This document shows positions 1-9,090 of a stretch of DNA of 64,000 nucleotides, piece by piece; within the stretch, counting starts at the first letter, position 1, and each line of letters begins with the position of its first letter. A program made the position numbers and the translations under genes. This DNA comes from Candidatus Sigynarchaeum calidifontis (GTDB taxonomy: Archaea; Asgardarchaeota; Lokiarchaeia; Sigyniarchaeales; Sigyniarchaeaceae), in NCBI GenBank assembly GCA_030587475.2, contig JAUQYZ020000035.1, forward strand, positions 1-64,000, read 5' to 3'. The notes below the pieces were generated by a model. It did no database searches and had not been told where the DNA came from. It saw nothing but the letters and a program-made list of their open reading frames with translations.

Positions 1-1249
1 CGCTGTAAAACTCGCCCAGCTCGTCGAGGATGAGGAATTCCATGGACATCGAGGCGACCTCTGCGGCTTCCATTGGGAAGGGCATGAGCTCGTGGTACAT
101 CCCAATCGGGATGGACGAAATGGCGTGATCGTGCATGGCGTGGCCGCCCTCGTGCGCAACCGTACACAAATCGTCGTGGGTGCCGACTGTATTTGCCGTG
201 ATGAACCCACACTGGTAATCAATGAGGGGCGTGCACATGGCACCAGGCACCTTGCCCCGCCGGTTCACGTGATCGATGAAACCATGATCCCGCATGAACT
301 CCAGCGTCGCGCCATATTCCGGCCTCACCCGTGCAAAAACTTTCACCATTTTGTCGACCAGTTCCTCTGGTCGCTGGTAAGGCTTGAGCTCGTGGCCACC
401 GAGGTTCACGTAACGATCCCACGGCCGCAAGACATCGATGCCGAGCTCGGTGCAACGCGAATCGTTCAATTCTTTGATGAATGGCAACACAGAGGCCTCT
501 ACGGCATCGTGGAACTTGAAACAATCCTGCGGCGTGTAGTCGAAGCGGCCGCGCTTGTGGTGGTAATAGTCCCGACAGTTCTCGAAGCCAGCCTTCTTTG
601 CTTGCTTCTCGCGGTTCGATCGCAGCTTGTCGAAAGTCATGTTGAACCATTTCTGCTTGGCCGAGATCGTGTCAAAAATGAGCCGCCATGACCGTTCTCT
701 CTTGTCACGGTCTGTTTCCCACAAGTTGCCACGAAGACGGGGCAAGGATACCTTTTTACCCTCGAATTTAACCCTTATCTTGCCCGATTTCATGGTGTAA
801 GTGAGGACCCGCAAATATTCTGCTGCTGCGTGCAAGTAATCTGATTTCTCCTCTACCTCCTTCATGACGAGCCGTTTCAAGTGGTCGTGTTCTGCCGGCA
901 GCGTTTTGAAGCCAGGATGATTGGCGATGAATTTGTAGACCTTCTTGCGCTCGAAATAGGCAGGCAAGGTGACCTTGATGGCGCGGCTGGCGACCTTGAG
1001 CATGTTCCCCACGCTTTGATTGTTGAGGAATGCTGCAGCCTTGATCATCGTGCTCGTCTCGACCGCATCGTATAGTTCCGTGTATTTTTCGATGAAAGTT
1101 AGCAGATCATCCGCCGAGGTCCCTGCTTCCTTCTCGTATCGCCGGATCGCTTTCTTCACCGGCCCCCACGAGTCGCCCCGGATAGCCGGGTCGATGTGTT
1201 TACGTGGCTTGACGGGCACAAGGGCTTTTTCCTTGGTCATGTCGTTCAT
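1..1249 (-). CDS. M3-family oligoendopeptidase (PepF-like), runs off the window start
   Basis: Not in the ORF track. Manual translation from ATG 1249 is open through the motif: ...RFDYTPQDCFKFHDAV...LRPWD...NRRGKVPGA...TVAHEGGHAMH (HExxH zinc motif). Confidence 0.85.
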   Translation of the reverse strand, partial: MNDMTKEKALVPVKPRKHIDPAIRGDSWGPVKKAIRRYEKEAGTSADDLLTFIEKYTELYDAVETSTMIKAAAFLNNQSVGNMLKVASRAIKVTLPAYFERKKVYKFIANHPGFKTLPAEHDHLKRLVMKEVEEKSDYLHAAAEYLRVLTYTMKSGKIRVKFEGKKVSLPRLRGNLWETDRDKRERSWRLIFDTISAKQKWFNMTFDKLRSNREKQAKKAGFENCRDYYHHKRGRFDYTPQDCFKFHDAVEASVLPFIKELNDSRCTELGIDVLRPWDRYVNLGGHELKPYQRPEELVDKMVKVFARVRPEYGATLEFMRDHGFIDHVNRRGKVPGAMCTPLIDYQCGFITANTVGTHDDLCTVAHEGGHAMHDHAISSIPIGMYHELMPFPMEAAEVASMSMEFLILDELGEFYS

Positions 1250-1373
1250 CTCGTCAACTAGCCGTGCTTGTCGCAGCGGCCGTGAATGCAGTAACCAATC
1301 TCTTTCGCCGTATAAAATTGTTTCGCTAGCCGTTCGAGAGAAAAACAAGTGAAATCGGCGGCCGGGTCATCAT

Positions 1374-1871
1374 TCACGGATTCGGCTTTTGCTCGAAGGT
1401 CTTCGCTGCTTTTGCCGACTTCTCCTTGATATATTTCTTGAAAAAGTCGAAATCCCTGGATTGCAATTCCAGCTCGAGGTAATCGAGCTTTTTCTTGAGG
1501 TCGTCATTCTCCCTCCTGATCTCGTCCGCCTCGGCTGCCTTCTGCCTTGTCTCTTGCTTGGACGCCTCGAGGCTCGCGGCCAGGTCGCGGTTTTTCTGCT
1601 CGAGTTGGTTGATCTTGCTCTCCAGAGCTTCGATCCTGGCCTCGAAATTCGATTGCATCTTGTTTTTTTCGTCCACGAGGTTTTTCATATGCCGGTCCTT
1701 TTCGGACGTCGTTGTCTCGACGGTCACCTTCATACCTTCCAGTTTCCCGCCCAATGAAACGATTTCCTTCTCCAGGGCATCAATTTTAGCGCGCATCTCG
1801 AGCAAGACGCTCCCGCGCACCTTGTGTTCCTTTTCTTTTTTCGACTCGACTTTGCCCCAATCGATGCTCAT
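1374..1871 (-). CDS. Coiled-coil hypothetical protein
   Basis: MSIDWGKVESKK start, then a continuous K/E-rich heptad pattern; start trimmed from the 2009 ORF. Confidence 0.7.
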   Translation of the reverse strand: MSIDWGKVESKKEKEHKVRGSVLLEMRAKIDALEKEIVSLGGKLEGMKVTVETTTSEKDRHMKNLVDEKNKMQSNFEARIEALESKINQLEQKNRDLAASLEASKQETRQKAAEADEIRRENDDLKKKLDYLELELQSRDFDFFKKYIKEKSAKAAKTFEQKPNP

Positions 1872-2237
1872 GATAGATACACTCGCTTGATGTGTTGCAC
1901 GTGGGTACCTTATATACTCGTCGTCCAGAAAACGGGCCATGTGAAAAGTTGCTTCATGGTTACGAGGACAAGAGCGAGTTCTTGCTGCCCTCGGGATGGA
2001 TTGAATCATTATCCTTGGTGGGCTGCAGGCATGACAAGCAGACGTTCGCCCCGTAAAAGAAGCGATTCACGGAGGACGCCTCACTAGGGCATGGAAGGCA
2101 TGTCTTTTGCCTCAAAACTTCTTTTTTTACGAAGGGTGGTTGGTTCGCCGTAGATATTCTTGAACGAGATCGGGACTTCCATGAAGAGAAACTCTTTTTA
2201 GGGGCTGAGGCGTTTTTTAAATCATCATCCAAGGATT

Positions 2238-2663
2238 GTGGTGGAAAAAGTCTTGTGGAAAAAAAGGCGCATAAAAAAGGACTTTGACACCGCGGTTGCC
2301 GAGGGAAACGACGCGAAGATCGAGCAACTGGTAAAGGACAATCCTTGGCTTCAAGACTACGTGGACGAGAACGGCGACGAAACGGATGTTAACGTGAAGC
2401 GCATATGCGCAGCCATCGGTATAATGGAAGACGAGCGCTCCGCGCCGGCGACCATTGATGACATCATAGAGTCGCTTCGCCAAGATTTTAACGTGAACAT
2501 GTCCCCGGCACAAGTCGAAAGTGTTTGTATGGATCTGGAAAACAAGGGGTACATCAAGGCACAAGATGCGGGGTATGTGCTCACGGTCGAGGGCGGTCGC
2601 ATCTGCGATAATTACTTGAACAAGCAATCGAGCGAGCTGCTTGGAGACCTTCCCTCCGAGTGA
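2238..2663 (+). CDS. Hypothetical protein with C-terminal winged helix
   Basis: ATIDDIIESLRQDFNVNMSPAQVESVCMDLENKGYIK...YVLTVEG is a wHTH pattern. Confidence 0.65.
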   Translation: MVEKVLWKKRRIKKDFDTAVAEGNDAKIEQLVKDNPWLQDYVDENGDETDVNVKRICAAIGIMEDERSAPATIDDIIESLRQDFNVNMSPAQVESVCMDLENKGYIKAQDAGYVLTVEGGRICDNYLNKQSSELLGDLPSE

Positions 2664-2719
2664 TGCGTTTCATTGATACGATCAAGAAAAACCATATAAA
2701 ACGTGATGAGTGGTTCAAA

Positions 2720-3004
2720 ATGACAAACAATACATGCACTGAATGCGGCGGGACGACGTTCCGCCTCGTTGTTGATGCTTGGATGAAAAGAACTTTTTCA
2801 TTCGTGGAAAAAGCTGCGGGTCTTCAAATGTGTACTGGTTGCGGGGCTAAATTTTACCAATGTCCGAAATGTGGTGCACTCGTGACCCGAGTGCATCCCG
2901 CGCTCGAAGCCTGGGAAGTGAGCAGCAAATGCGAGAAATGTGGCTTCATTAATCCAGACATCAAGGCATGGGATGGCACGAGCGCGAATCCGAACAAGTT
3001 GTAG
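2720..3004 (+). CDS. Small double zinc-ribbon protein (paralog 1)
   Basis: Four Cys pairs: CTECG, CTGCG, CPKCG, CEKCG. Confidence 0.75.
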   Translation: MTNNTCTECGGTTFRLVVDAWMKRTFSFVEKAAGLQMCTGCGAKFYQCPKCGALVTRVHPALEAWEVSSKCEKCGFINPDIKAWDGTSANPNKL

Positions 3005-3062
3005 GCCATCATACACCTTTTCTTTTTTTATTCGAGCACTTTATTCACGTCAGGTGCATATA

Positions 3063-3338
3063 ATGGTCGATCGTATATGCGACGAGTGTGGTGGCACGGC
3101 CTTCCGGCCCCAGAACGATAGCATTCTCAAACGCAAGTTGCCGTTCGTGAATGGCCCCCTATTGCTGTGCGACGCGTGCGGTGCCAAGTATCTCCCGTGC
3201 GAGTGCGGTGCTCTCTTCACGCGCGTGCACCTCACCATCGATGTCGAGGGGATGCGATCCACGTGCCCGAGCTGCGGCAAGAAGAACGCGGAAATAGAGG
3301 CGTTCATCCAGCGTGGCGGGCCGGAAGGCTATCAATAG
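3063..3338 (+). CDS. Small double zinc-ribbon protein (paralog 2)
   Basis: CDECG, CDACG, CECG, CPSCG; colinear with paralog 1 (CGAK, CGAL-TRVH). Confidence 0.75.
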   Translation: MVDRICDECGGTAFRPQNDSILKRKLPFVNGPLLLCDACGAKYLPCECGALFTRVHLTIDVEGMRSTCPSCGKKNAEIEAFIQRGGPEGYQ

Positions 3339-3463
3339 CACTTTTTTTTTATTGTCGTTGTCAGCTATCTCGGATTTTTATCAGTGCCGGAAGCTTCTTT
3401 ATAATCTATTCTTTCTATAAGTCATTCGCTAAGGTATCGATCATCCGGGACGGCTTGCACGCT

Positions 3464-4264
3464 ATGAATGTAGAAGAGAACGGGAAGCAGCGCAAGCGGC
3501 AATCCCTCTTCACTAAGCTCATCTACAAGCTTTACGAGCACCGGCTCTGGAAACAAATAAAGGATGGCCCCGTCCCGAACCATATCGGCATCATCCTTGA
3601 CGGGAACCGGCGGTTCGCGAAGAAATACGGTATGGATGCGAACTGGGGCCATTTCATGGGGTACGAGAAGGTTAAGGACGTGCTGGATTGGTGCCTCAAT
3701 CTCAAGATCAAGACACTCACCCTCTACGTGCTATCCACGGAAAATTTCAAGCGACCAGAAGAGGAACTCAAAGCGCTCTTTGGGCTGATAATGAAAGGTT
3801 GCGAGGAGGTTCGAAACGATCCACGCATCCACGAGAATCAAGTCCGGGTCACCGCTATCGGTCGTTTAAATTTACTCCCTGCCGAAGCGCAAGCTGCAAT
3901 ACACGAGCTTGAAGAATCCACGAAAAAATACGACAAGCTCTTCCTCAACATGGCGGTCGCGTATGGTGGCCGTGCCGAGATCATCGATAGCATCAAGCAA
4001 ATTGCCAAGGATGTCAAGGACGGAATTATCCGCATCGAGGACATTACCGACGAGACCGTGCAGCAACACCTCTACAAGAATGGCCCCGATCCGGACATGA
4101 TCATCCGCACGTCGGGCGAGAAGCGGCTATCCGGGTTCTTGCTCTGGCAATCCGCCTACTCGGAGTTGTACTTCGAGGATGCTTATTTTCCCGAATTCCG
4201 CAAGATCGACTTCTGGCGCGCCATCCGGGCATTCCAAAAACGCGAGCGCCGGTTCGGCGCGTGA
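3464..4264 (+). CDS. uppS: cis-prenyltransferase (polyprenyl diphosphate synthase)
   Basis: HIGIILDGNRR, STENFKRP, YGGRAEI, DPDMIIRTSGEKRLSGFLLWQSAYSEL, C-terminal RRFG. Confidence 0.95.
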   Translation: MNVEENGKQRKRQSLFTKLIYKLYEHRLWKQIKDGPVPNHIGIILDGNRRFAKKYGMDANWGHFMGYEKVKDVLDWCLNLKIKTLTLYVLSTENFKRPEEELKALFGLIMKGCEEVRNDPRIHENQVRVTAIGRLNLLPAEAQAAIHELEESTKKYDKLFLNMAVAYGGRAEIIDSIKQIAKDVKDGIIRIEDITDETVQQHLYKNGPDPDMIIRTSGEKRLSGFLLWQSAYSELYFEDAYFPEFRKIDFWRAIRAFQKRERRFGA

Positions 4265-4301
4265 ACGCGTAAAATGCTCGCGTTCACCGGCAATACACCG
4301 G

Positions 4302-4814
4302 TCACTTGTAGGTGTCGTTCACGTGATCTGTGAACTGCCGCATGAATTGCGCCATGTCGATGTAATACCCCACGCGCTCGGTCAACGAAATCTTGTCGCC
4401 CTTGACCTTGACCAGCCCGAGCGCCTCTAATTCCTTTAAATCTGGCGCCACGTCCTTGATTTTCCTGATCCGACGAACTTGCTCGACCGTTGCTCCTCCC
4501 TCGTCGCACGTGGTCGCGATCAAAACCGCGACGAGCGTCGATGCGAGCCTGGTGCGTCCTTGAAAGGGATTGATCCGTGCCTGGCCGGCAACGTCCCCCG
4601 TGCAAGCCAGGAACCAGTGCCCGTCCAGCACGTTTCGCTCGACCTTGAAGCCGAAAATCTCGATGCTATTCGAGTATGCCTGGAGGATGCGGTATAGCTG
4701 TTCCGGGGCTCCTTTCCCTTGCAAGCCGAGTGCTGCTATCAATTCCTCGTCGGTCGCCCCGATCACGTCGCCGCGTCGGGCGAGCAAGAAGCTGATGACC
4801 TTGAAATCGTTCAT
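4302..4814 (-). CDS. Putative KITE subunit (ScpB/Nse1/Nse3-like tandem winged helix)
   Basis: Two WH-like halves; ATVEQVRRIR...LKELEALGLVKVKG resembles ScpB WH-B; ATGA overlap with the upstream kleisin-like gene. Confidence 0.6.
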   Translation of the reverse strand: MNDFKVISFLLARRGDVIGATDEELIAALGLQGKGAPEQLYRILQAYSNSIEIFGFKVERNVLDGHWFLACTGDVAGQARINPFQGRTRLASTLVAVLIATTCDEGGATVEQVRRIRKIKDVAPDLKELEALGLVKVKGDKISLTERVGYYIDMAQFMRQFTDHVNDTYK

Positions 4815-5533
4815 CTTCCTTCCCTCCACAAGCGGATCCTTGTTTCGGCGATAGACTTACCGGCATTGTCGATGTCTGGGTCATCTAGAATCACGAGATC
4901 GCCGTCCTGGATCAGATGCAAGACGTGAATGAATGCCTTGACGCGGTCGATGCCGAGCTCGGTCTCGAGGTGGTCGAGGATATCGCGTAGTGGCGCGCTG
5001 GATTTCCCGGCCAGCTGCCTGGCATTACGCAAGGAATTCACGATACTTGCCTTTTCCTGGAAGAAATTGCGCTCGTCGATGGCAATCTCGAAGCTCGCCT
5101 GGATCGAACCAGCATCATCAATGACTTCGCATACGGGGATCCCGCGGCGTTCTCGGCCCATGCTTGCAAGGACCTCGGCTAGGAAGGGTTGGGATAAGGT
5201 CGTGAATTCCACGGCCTCTCGCCAGCGAACCAGTTTGGTCACCGCTTCAAGGCCCCCTGGATCCTGCAAAAAGAGGGCGAGCTTGTCCCTGCCTATCTCG
5301 AACACCATGGCCTTGAATGCCTGGATCTTGTAATCGAGGATATCGCAGAGCGTGGAAAACAACGAAACGAAATCAGGGAGCTTGGCAACTCGATTATCTG
5401 GCAGTGCATGGAACGCGGAAATGTAGTCGGCGAGCGGTTGTATCGGATCCAGCTTGCCCGCCTTGATGTCGTTCTTGATCGCGACGAGCTGCCCGGCGAA
5501 ATAATCGAGAGCGAGCTGTTTCATCGCTTTCAC
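4811..5533 (-). CDS. Putative kleisin (ScpA/Nse4-like)
   Basis: N-terminal LDPIQPLADYI...FSTLCDILDYK and C-terminal DRVKAFIHVLHLIQDGDLVI resemble ScpA termini; directly downstream of SMC. Confidence 0.65.
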   Translation of the reverse strand: MKAMKQLALDYFAGQLVAIKNDIKAGKLDPIQPLADYISAFHALPDNRVAKLPDFVSLFSTLCDILDYKIQAFKAMVFEIGRDKLALFLQDPGGLEAVTKLVRWREAVEFTTLSQPFLAEVLASMGRERRGIPVCEVIDDAGSIQASFEIAIDERNFFQEKASIVNSLRNARQLAGKSSAPLRDILDHLETELGIDRVKAFIHVLHLIQDGDLVILDDPDIDNAGKSIAETRIRLWREGR

Positions 5534-5561
5534 TGCGCCATGCCTCCTATCGATGCATCGA

Positions 5562-8500
5562 TCACTGTTCTTCGACCATCCGCGTGAACTCCTGCTCGTC
5601 CAGCTCGATGACCCGTGATGGCCCGAGCTGGTTCATTTCCATTGCACCCGTGTCGCCGTTCGCGAATTTCATTCCTTGCCTGACTATCGCGATGATCTTG
5701 TCTGCCGACTTGATGAATCCGTGTGACGTGGTGGGGACAAGCATGATCAACTGGACGCGCTCGGTGGTCTTGCGGATCAACCGGGAGATCAGCTCCTTGT
5801 TCGAATCATCGAGGTAGATATGCGCCTCGTCGAACACGCATATGGGGCCCGGGTTGAGGTCTTGCAGCGTGAGCATGATCGCGAGCGCGATGAGCGATTT
5901 CTGCCCTTCAGAAACGGCCGCGAGGGGGAGCCTGCTGCCGTTGAAGAAGTCGACTGAAACGTCTATGGCTGGGTCGGTAAAGCTCCCTCTCGCGGTGAGG
6001 ACGGGTCGGAATGGGATACCCAGGTCGGTAAATTTACCGGCAACCAACCTTTCGAGTTCCTGCACCTTCCCGCTCATTTTTTCCACATAAGATTCCTTGA
6101 GTTTGTTCCCGATGGCTTCCACGCTCGAAACCTCTTGCGCTATCTCGTCCATCTTGGCCGATATGCCGGCTAGGACACGTGAATTTTCGGCGTGTTCTCG
6201 CTCGATGGCGTCCGTGATGCAAAAAAAGTCCGGAGCTGCCAATCTCTTGGCCACGCGGGCGATCAGCAAGTCATACTCCTCGATCGTCTTGAGCTGCTCG
6301 GGCTTGACCTGGCCCTTCAAGTTCGAATCGATGTAGGCCTGCTCGCGCTCGAGACTCGCGATTTCTTGACACGCGCGTTCCCGTTCAATGTCGAGCACTT
6401 TGAGCTTGAGATCGAGCTCGTTCAACCGGCCCGTCCTTTCCTTGAAGATCCCGCCGAGCTCCTCCTTGCGCTTGGAAAGGCCAGCGATGGTCTCGATACA
6501 GACCTTCGTTTGTGCCTTGATAGCATCGATGCGCTCCCCGATCACCTTGACCTCAGATGCGTTCTTCCGGATTTCGACCTTCAACCGCTCGTGCTCGTCT
6601 ATGATCGCGTTCAATTGCTTTTCCGCGTCGTCCATTGCCTTCTCTATCGCGCTGGCCCTGGATCGCGCGGCTTGCATCGCCTCGTCGATGGCTGTACTCC
6701 GTGCCAGTGCCTCATCAAGGCGGGTTTTCGTCGCCGAGAGCTCGTTTTTTAACAAGAGAACCTCGCGTGGCTTTTGAGCTTCGATTTTTTTCTGTTCTGC
6801 AAGGAGATGCTGGATGACCTCGTCGTTACGGTCGATAGCCTGCTTGATAACGTCCTTGTCAGCGAGTAACTGGTTTTTCTTGGTGCTCTTGATCTCCTTT
6901 TGCTTCAAGAAGATCCGGATCTTGATCAGGTCGTTTTGTTTTCCCTCCTTTTCCTTGCGCTGCCGCCGTAACTCCTCGATTTGTCCATCCAGCGTGGCGA
7001 TCTCCTTGGCCACGAGGTTGGCGCGCATGGAGAGTCCCCCGCTGTCATCCACCTCGCGCTGAGGGATCAAGATGAGTGGACCGAAATACGGGGGTTGCGA
7101 TTCGATGACGTCGTCTTTCGACTCGACGATGACCCCGTCGAGCGTGATGCACCTCGCCCGATCGTCCGCCTTCACGAGTTTAACGGCATCAGAGAAAGTT
7201 TCTACCACTATCGTGTCGCGCGCAATACGATCGACGAGAGGTCGGAGCCAATCCGGGACTTTAATAAGTCTGTACAAGTAATCGATGACCCCCGGGAACT
7301 TGAGCGGGGGCCGGTTATGCGATCCTGGAGCGAGCTTGCCCGGGTGATAAATCGTGGCGGGAACCTTGTACTTGTTCCTCAAGGAGTTGAGCAAGTTGAA
7401 ATTTTCCTCCGAAAACGACACGAAACCGAGCAGCCCGTGTTTCTTGAACTGGGCCTCGATTGCCCTCGCGTGTGCCCGATCGAATTCCATGTACTCATGG
7501 ATGGGTCCCTTAATGCTGTCTTGGAGGCCTCGACGCTGGATATCTTGCTTGAGCAATTCGACCTCCTTGAAGATCCTTCGTTCATCTTCTTGCGCCCCGG
7601 CGCCGCGGCCAAGTTCCTTGAGCAAATCCGCTTCGATGCGCTTCTTGATCGCTCGGGCCTCCTCTTTTTGCTTGATCGCTGCATCAATGTCCTTGATCTC
7701 TTGAACAAGCAACGCCTTCAAATCGCTCTTCCCGTCTGCAGAATAGTCCCATTTGATTTGTCGCAATTCCGTGGTGAACTCGTTGATCTCCTCGATGAGA
7801 GACTTTATCTCGGCTTCATTCTCCTCAAGCCTCTTCTCGTTGAGCTTCTTTTCTCGCCTTTCATTCTCGATGTCCCGCTTCACGCGATCATGCTCGTTGA
7901 TCCAGTCTTGATTTTTCACGAGGTCGTTTGATAAACGCGTGAACGTTTCTTGTAACTCGCGTATGGTCGACGCGTGCTCGCGTGCCATGGCTTCGGAGCG
8001 ATCCTTTTCAGATCTCGATTCGCGAAGCTGGATACCCAAGTCCTTTAAAACATTGGTCGCCTCGTCTTTTTTTTGTTTCAATTCCTCATTACGCTGGTGC
8101 AATTCCTGCTTGACCTTGTCCCACCGCCCGATCTCTTCCGCGAGCCGTGCCTGTTCGGCCTTCAAGGTTCCCAATTCACCCTGCTTGGTGCTAATGTCCG
8201 CGGCGATGGCGTCTCTTTCGCGAGTGATCTCGTCCATCATTGCTACCAGTGCTGCTTTCTCGTTGTCGATGATTCGAATCTCTTCCTCCTTGGCACTGGC
8301 ATATGCTCGCTTGCCCTCGATCTTGCGCTTGATATCTTCTTTCTGGGCCCAGCTGCGCTCGGCTTGGTATCCCAGGAGCTCGCTTTCCAGCTGCCGTTTT
8401 TCCGCGAGCTTGGCCATCTGGCCATCCAGCACCCGCTGATGCTTGGAACACGTCTCTTTTTGGGCACGGAGACGTTCAAGCTCGCCTTGTAACTCGGCGA

Positions 8501-9059
8501 CCTTTTTCGCATTGCCCTCGATCTCCTCCCGCAAGCTGGCCACGCCCATGCCGTCCTCGATGAGGCCGTAGATCTCGCGCGCAGACAAGTCTTTTATCTT
8601 GTTCACGTGGCCCTGGGCCACGAATGAAAAGATATTATCAGGAAAGATGCGGAAGTGTTCCACGAGGGCATTCAGCGTCGTGGCGTTCAGGTGCTTCCCG
8701 TTCAGATAGAAGCTAGAGCCCTGGTCTTTTCTATGTAGGCGGGCGATCTCGTAGGTCGTGCCGTCCGGGGCCCGGAACCCGGCCCGGACGCGCATGAAGT
8801 CGCAACCCGTGTGGATGAACCCTTCCCACTTGGTATATCGCCCGTCCTTTGCATTAGAACCAAGCACGAACTTGAGCGCGTGGAACACGGCAGATTTGCC
8901 CGCGCCGTTCGGCCCCGTGATGATAGAAAAACGGGACGTGTTGCCATCCTTCAAGCTCAGCGAAATCGTGGCTTTTTTGAAGGAGAGAAATTGCTCCAGC
9001 TCGATCCATTCCAATAGGAGGCCAGTCGAGACATTCTTGATGTTTCCTAGATTCGTCAA
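5562..9059 (-). CDS. SMC-family ATPase, Smc5/6-related
   Basis: Walker A GPNGAGKS, Q-loop FVAQG, two long coiled coils around a hinge (IKGPIHEY...AIEA; CITLDG), signature VSEGQKS, Walker B ICVFDE. Confidence 0.93.
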   Translation of the reverse strand: MTNLGNIKNVSTGLLLEWIELEQFLSFKKATISLSLKDGNTSRFSIITGPNGAGKSAVFHALKFVLGSNAKDGRYTKWEGFIHTGCDFMRVRAGFRAPDGTTYEIARLHRKDQGSSFYLNGKHLNATTLNALVEHFRIFPDNIFSFVAQGHVNKIKDLSAREIYGLIEDGMGVASLREEIEGNAKKVAELQGELERLRAQKETCSKHQRVLDGQMAKLAEKRQLESELLGYQAERSWAQKEDIKRKIEGKRAYASAKEEEIRIIDNEKAALVAMMDEITRERDAIAADISTKQGELGTLKAEQARLAEEIGRWDKVKQELHQRNEELKQKKDEATNVLKDLGIQLRESRSEKDRSEAMAREHASTIRELQETFTRLSNDLVKNQDWINEHDRVKRDIENERREKKLNEKRLEENEAEIKSLIEEINEFTTELRQIKWDYSADGKSDLKALLVQEIKDIDAAIKQKEEARAIKKRIEADLLKELGRGAGAQEDERRIFKEVELLKQDIQRRGLQDSIKGPIHEYMEFDRAHARAIEAQFKKHGLLGFVSFSEENFNLLNSLRNKYKVPATIYHPGKLAPGSHNRPPLKFPGVIDYLYRLIKVPDWLRPLVDRIARDTIVVETFSDAVKLVKADDRARCITLDGVIVESKDDVIESQPPYFGPLILIPQREVDDSGGLSMRANLVAKEIATLDGQIEELRRQRKEKEGKQNDLIKIRIFLKQKEIKSTKKNQLLADKDVIKQAIDRNDEVIQHLLAEQKKIEAQKPREVLLLKNELSATKTRLDEALARSTAIDEAMQAARSRASAIEKAMDDAEKQLNAIIDEHERLKVEIRKNASEVKVIGERIDAIKAQTKVCIETIAGLSKRKEELGGIFKERTGRLNELDLKLKVLDIERERACQEIASLEREQAYIDSNLKGQVKPEQLKTIEEYDLLIARVAKRLAAPDFFCITDAIEREHAENSRVLAGISAKMDEIAQEVSSVEAIGNKLKESYVEKMSGKVQELERLVAGKFTDLGIPFRPVLTARGSFTDPAIDVSVDFFNGSRLPLAAVSEGQKSLIALAIMLTLQDLNPGPICVFDEAHIYLDDSNKELISRLIRKTTERVQLIMLVPTTSHGFIKSADKIIAIVRQGMKFANGDTGAMEMNQLGPSRVIELDEQEFTRMVEEQ

Positions 9060-9090
9060 TGGCGATGCTCGCCCCCGGATTCCTCATTGA

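Noticed and set aside
92-691. 199-aa plus-strand ORF and 143-aa minus-strand ORF
   Set aside because: Shadows of the real minus-strand M3 peptidase frame.
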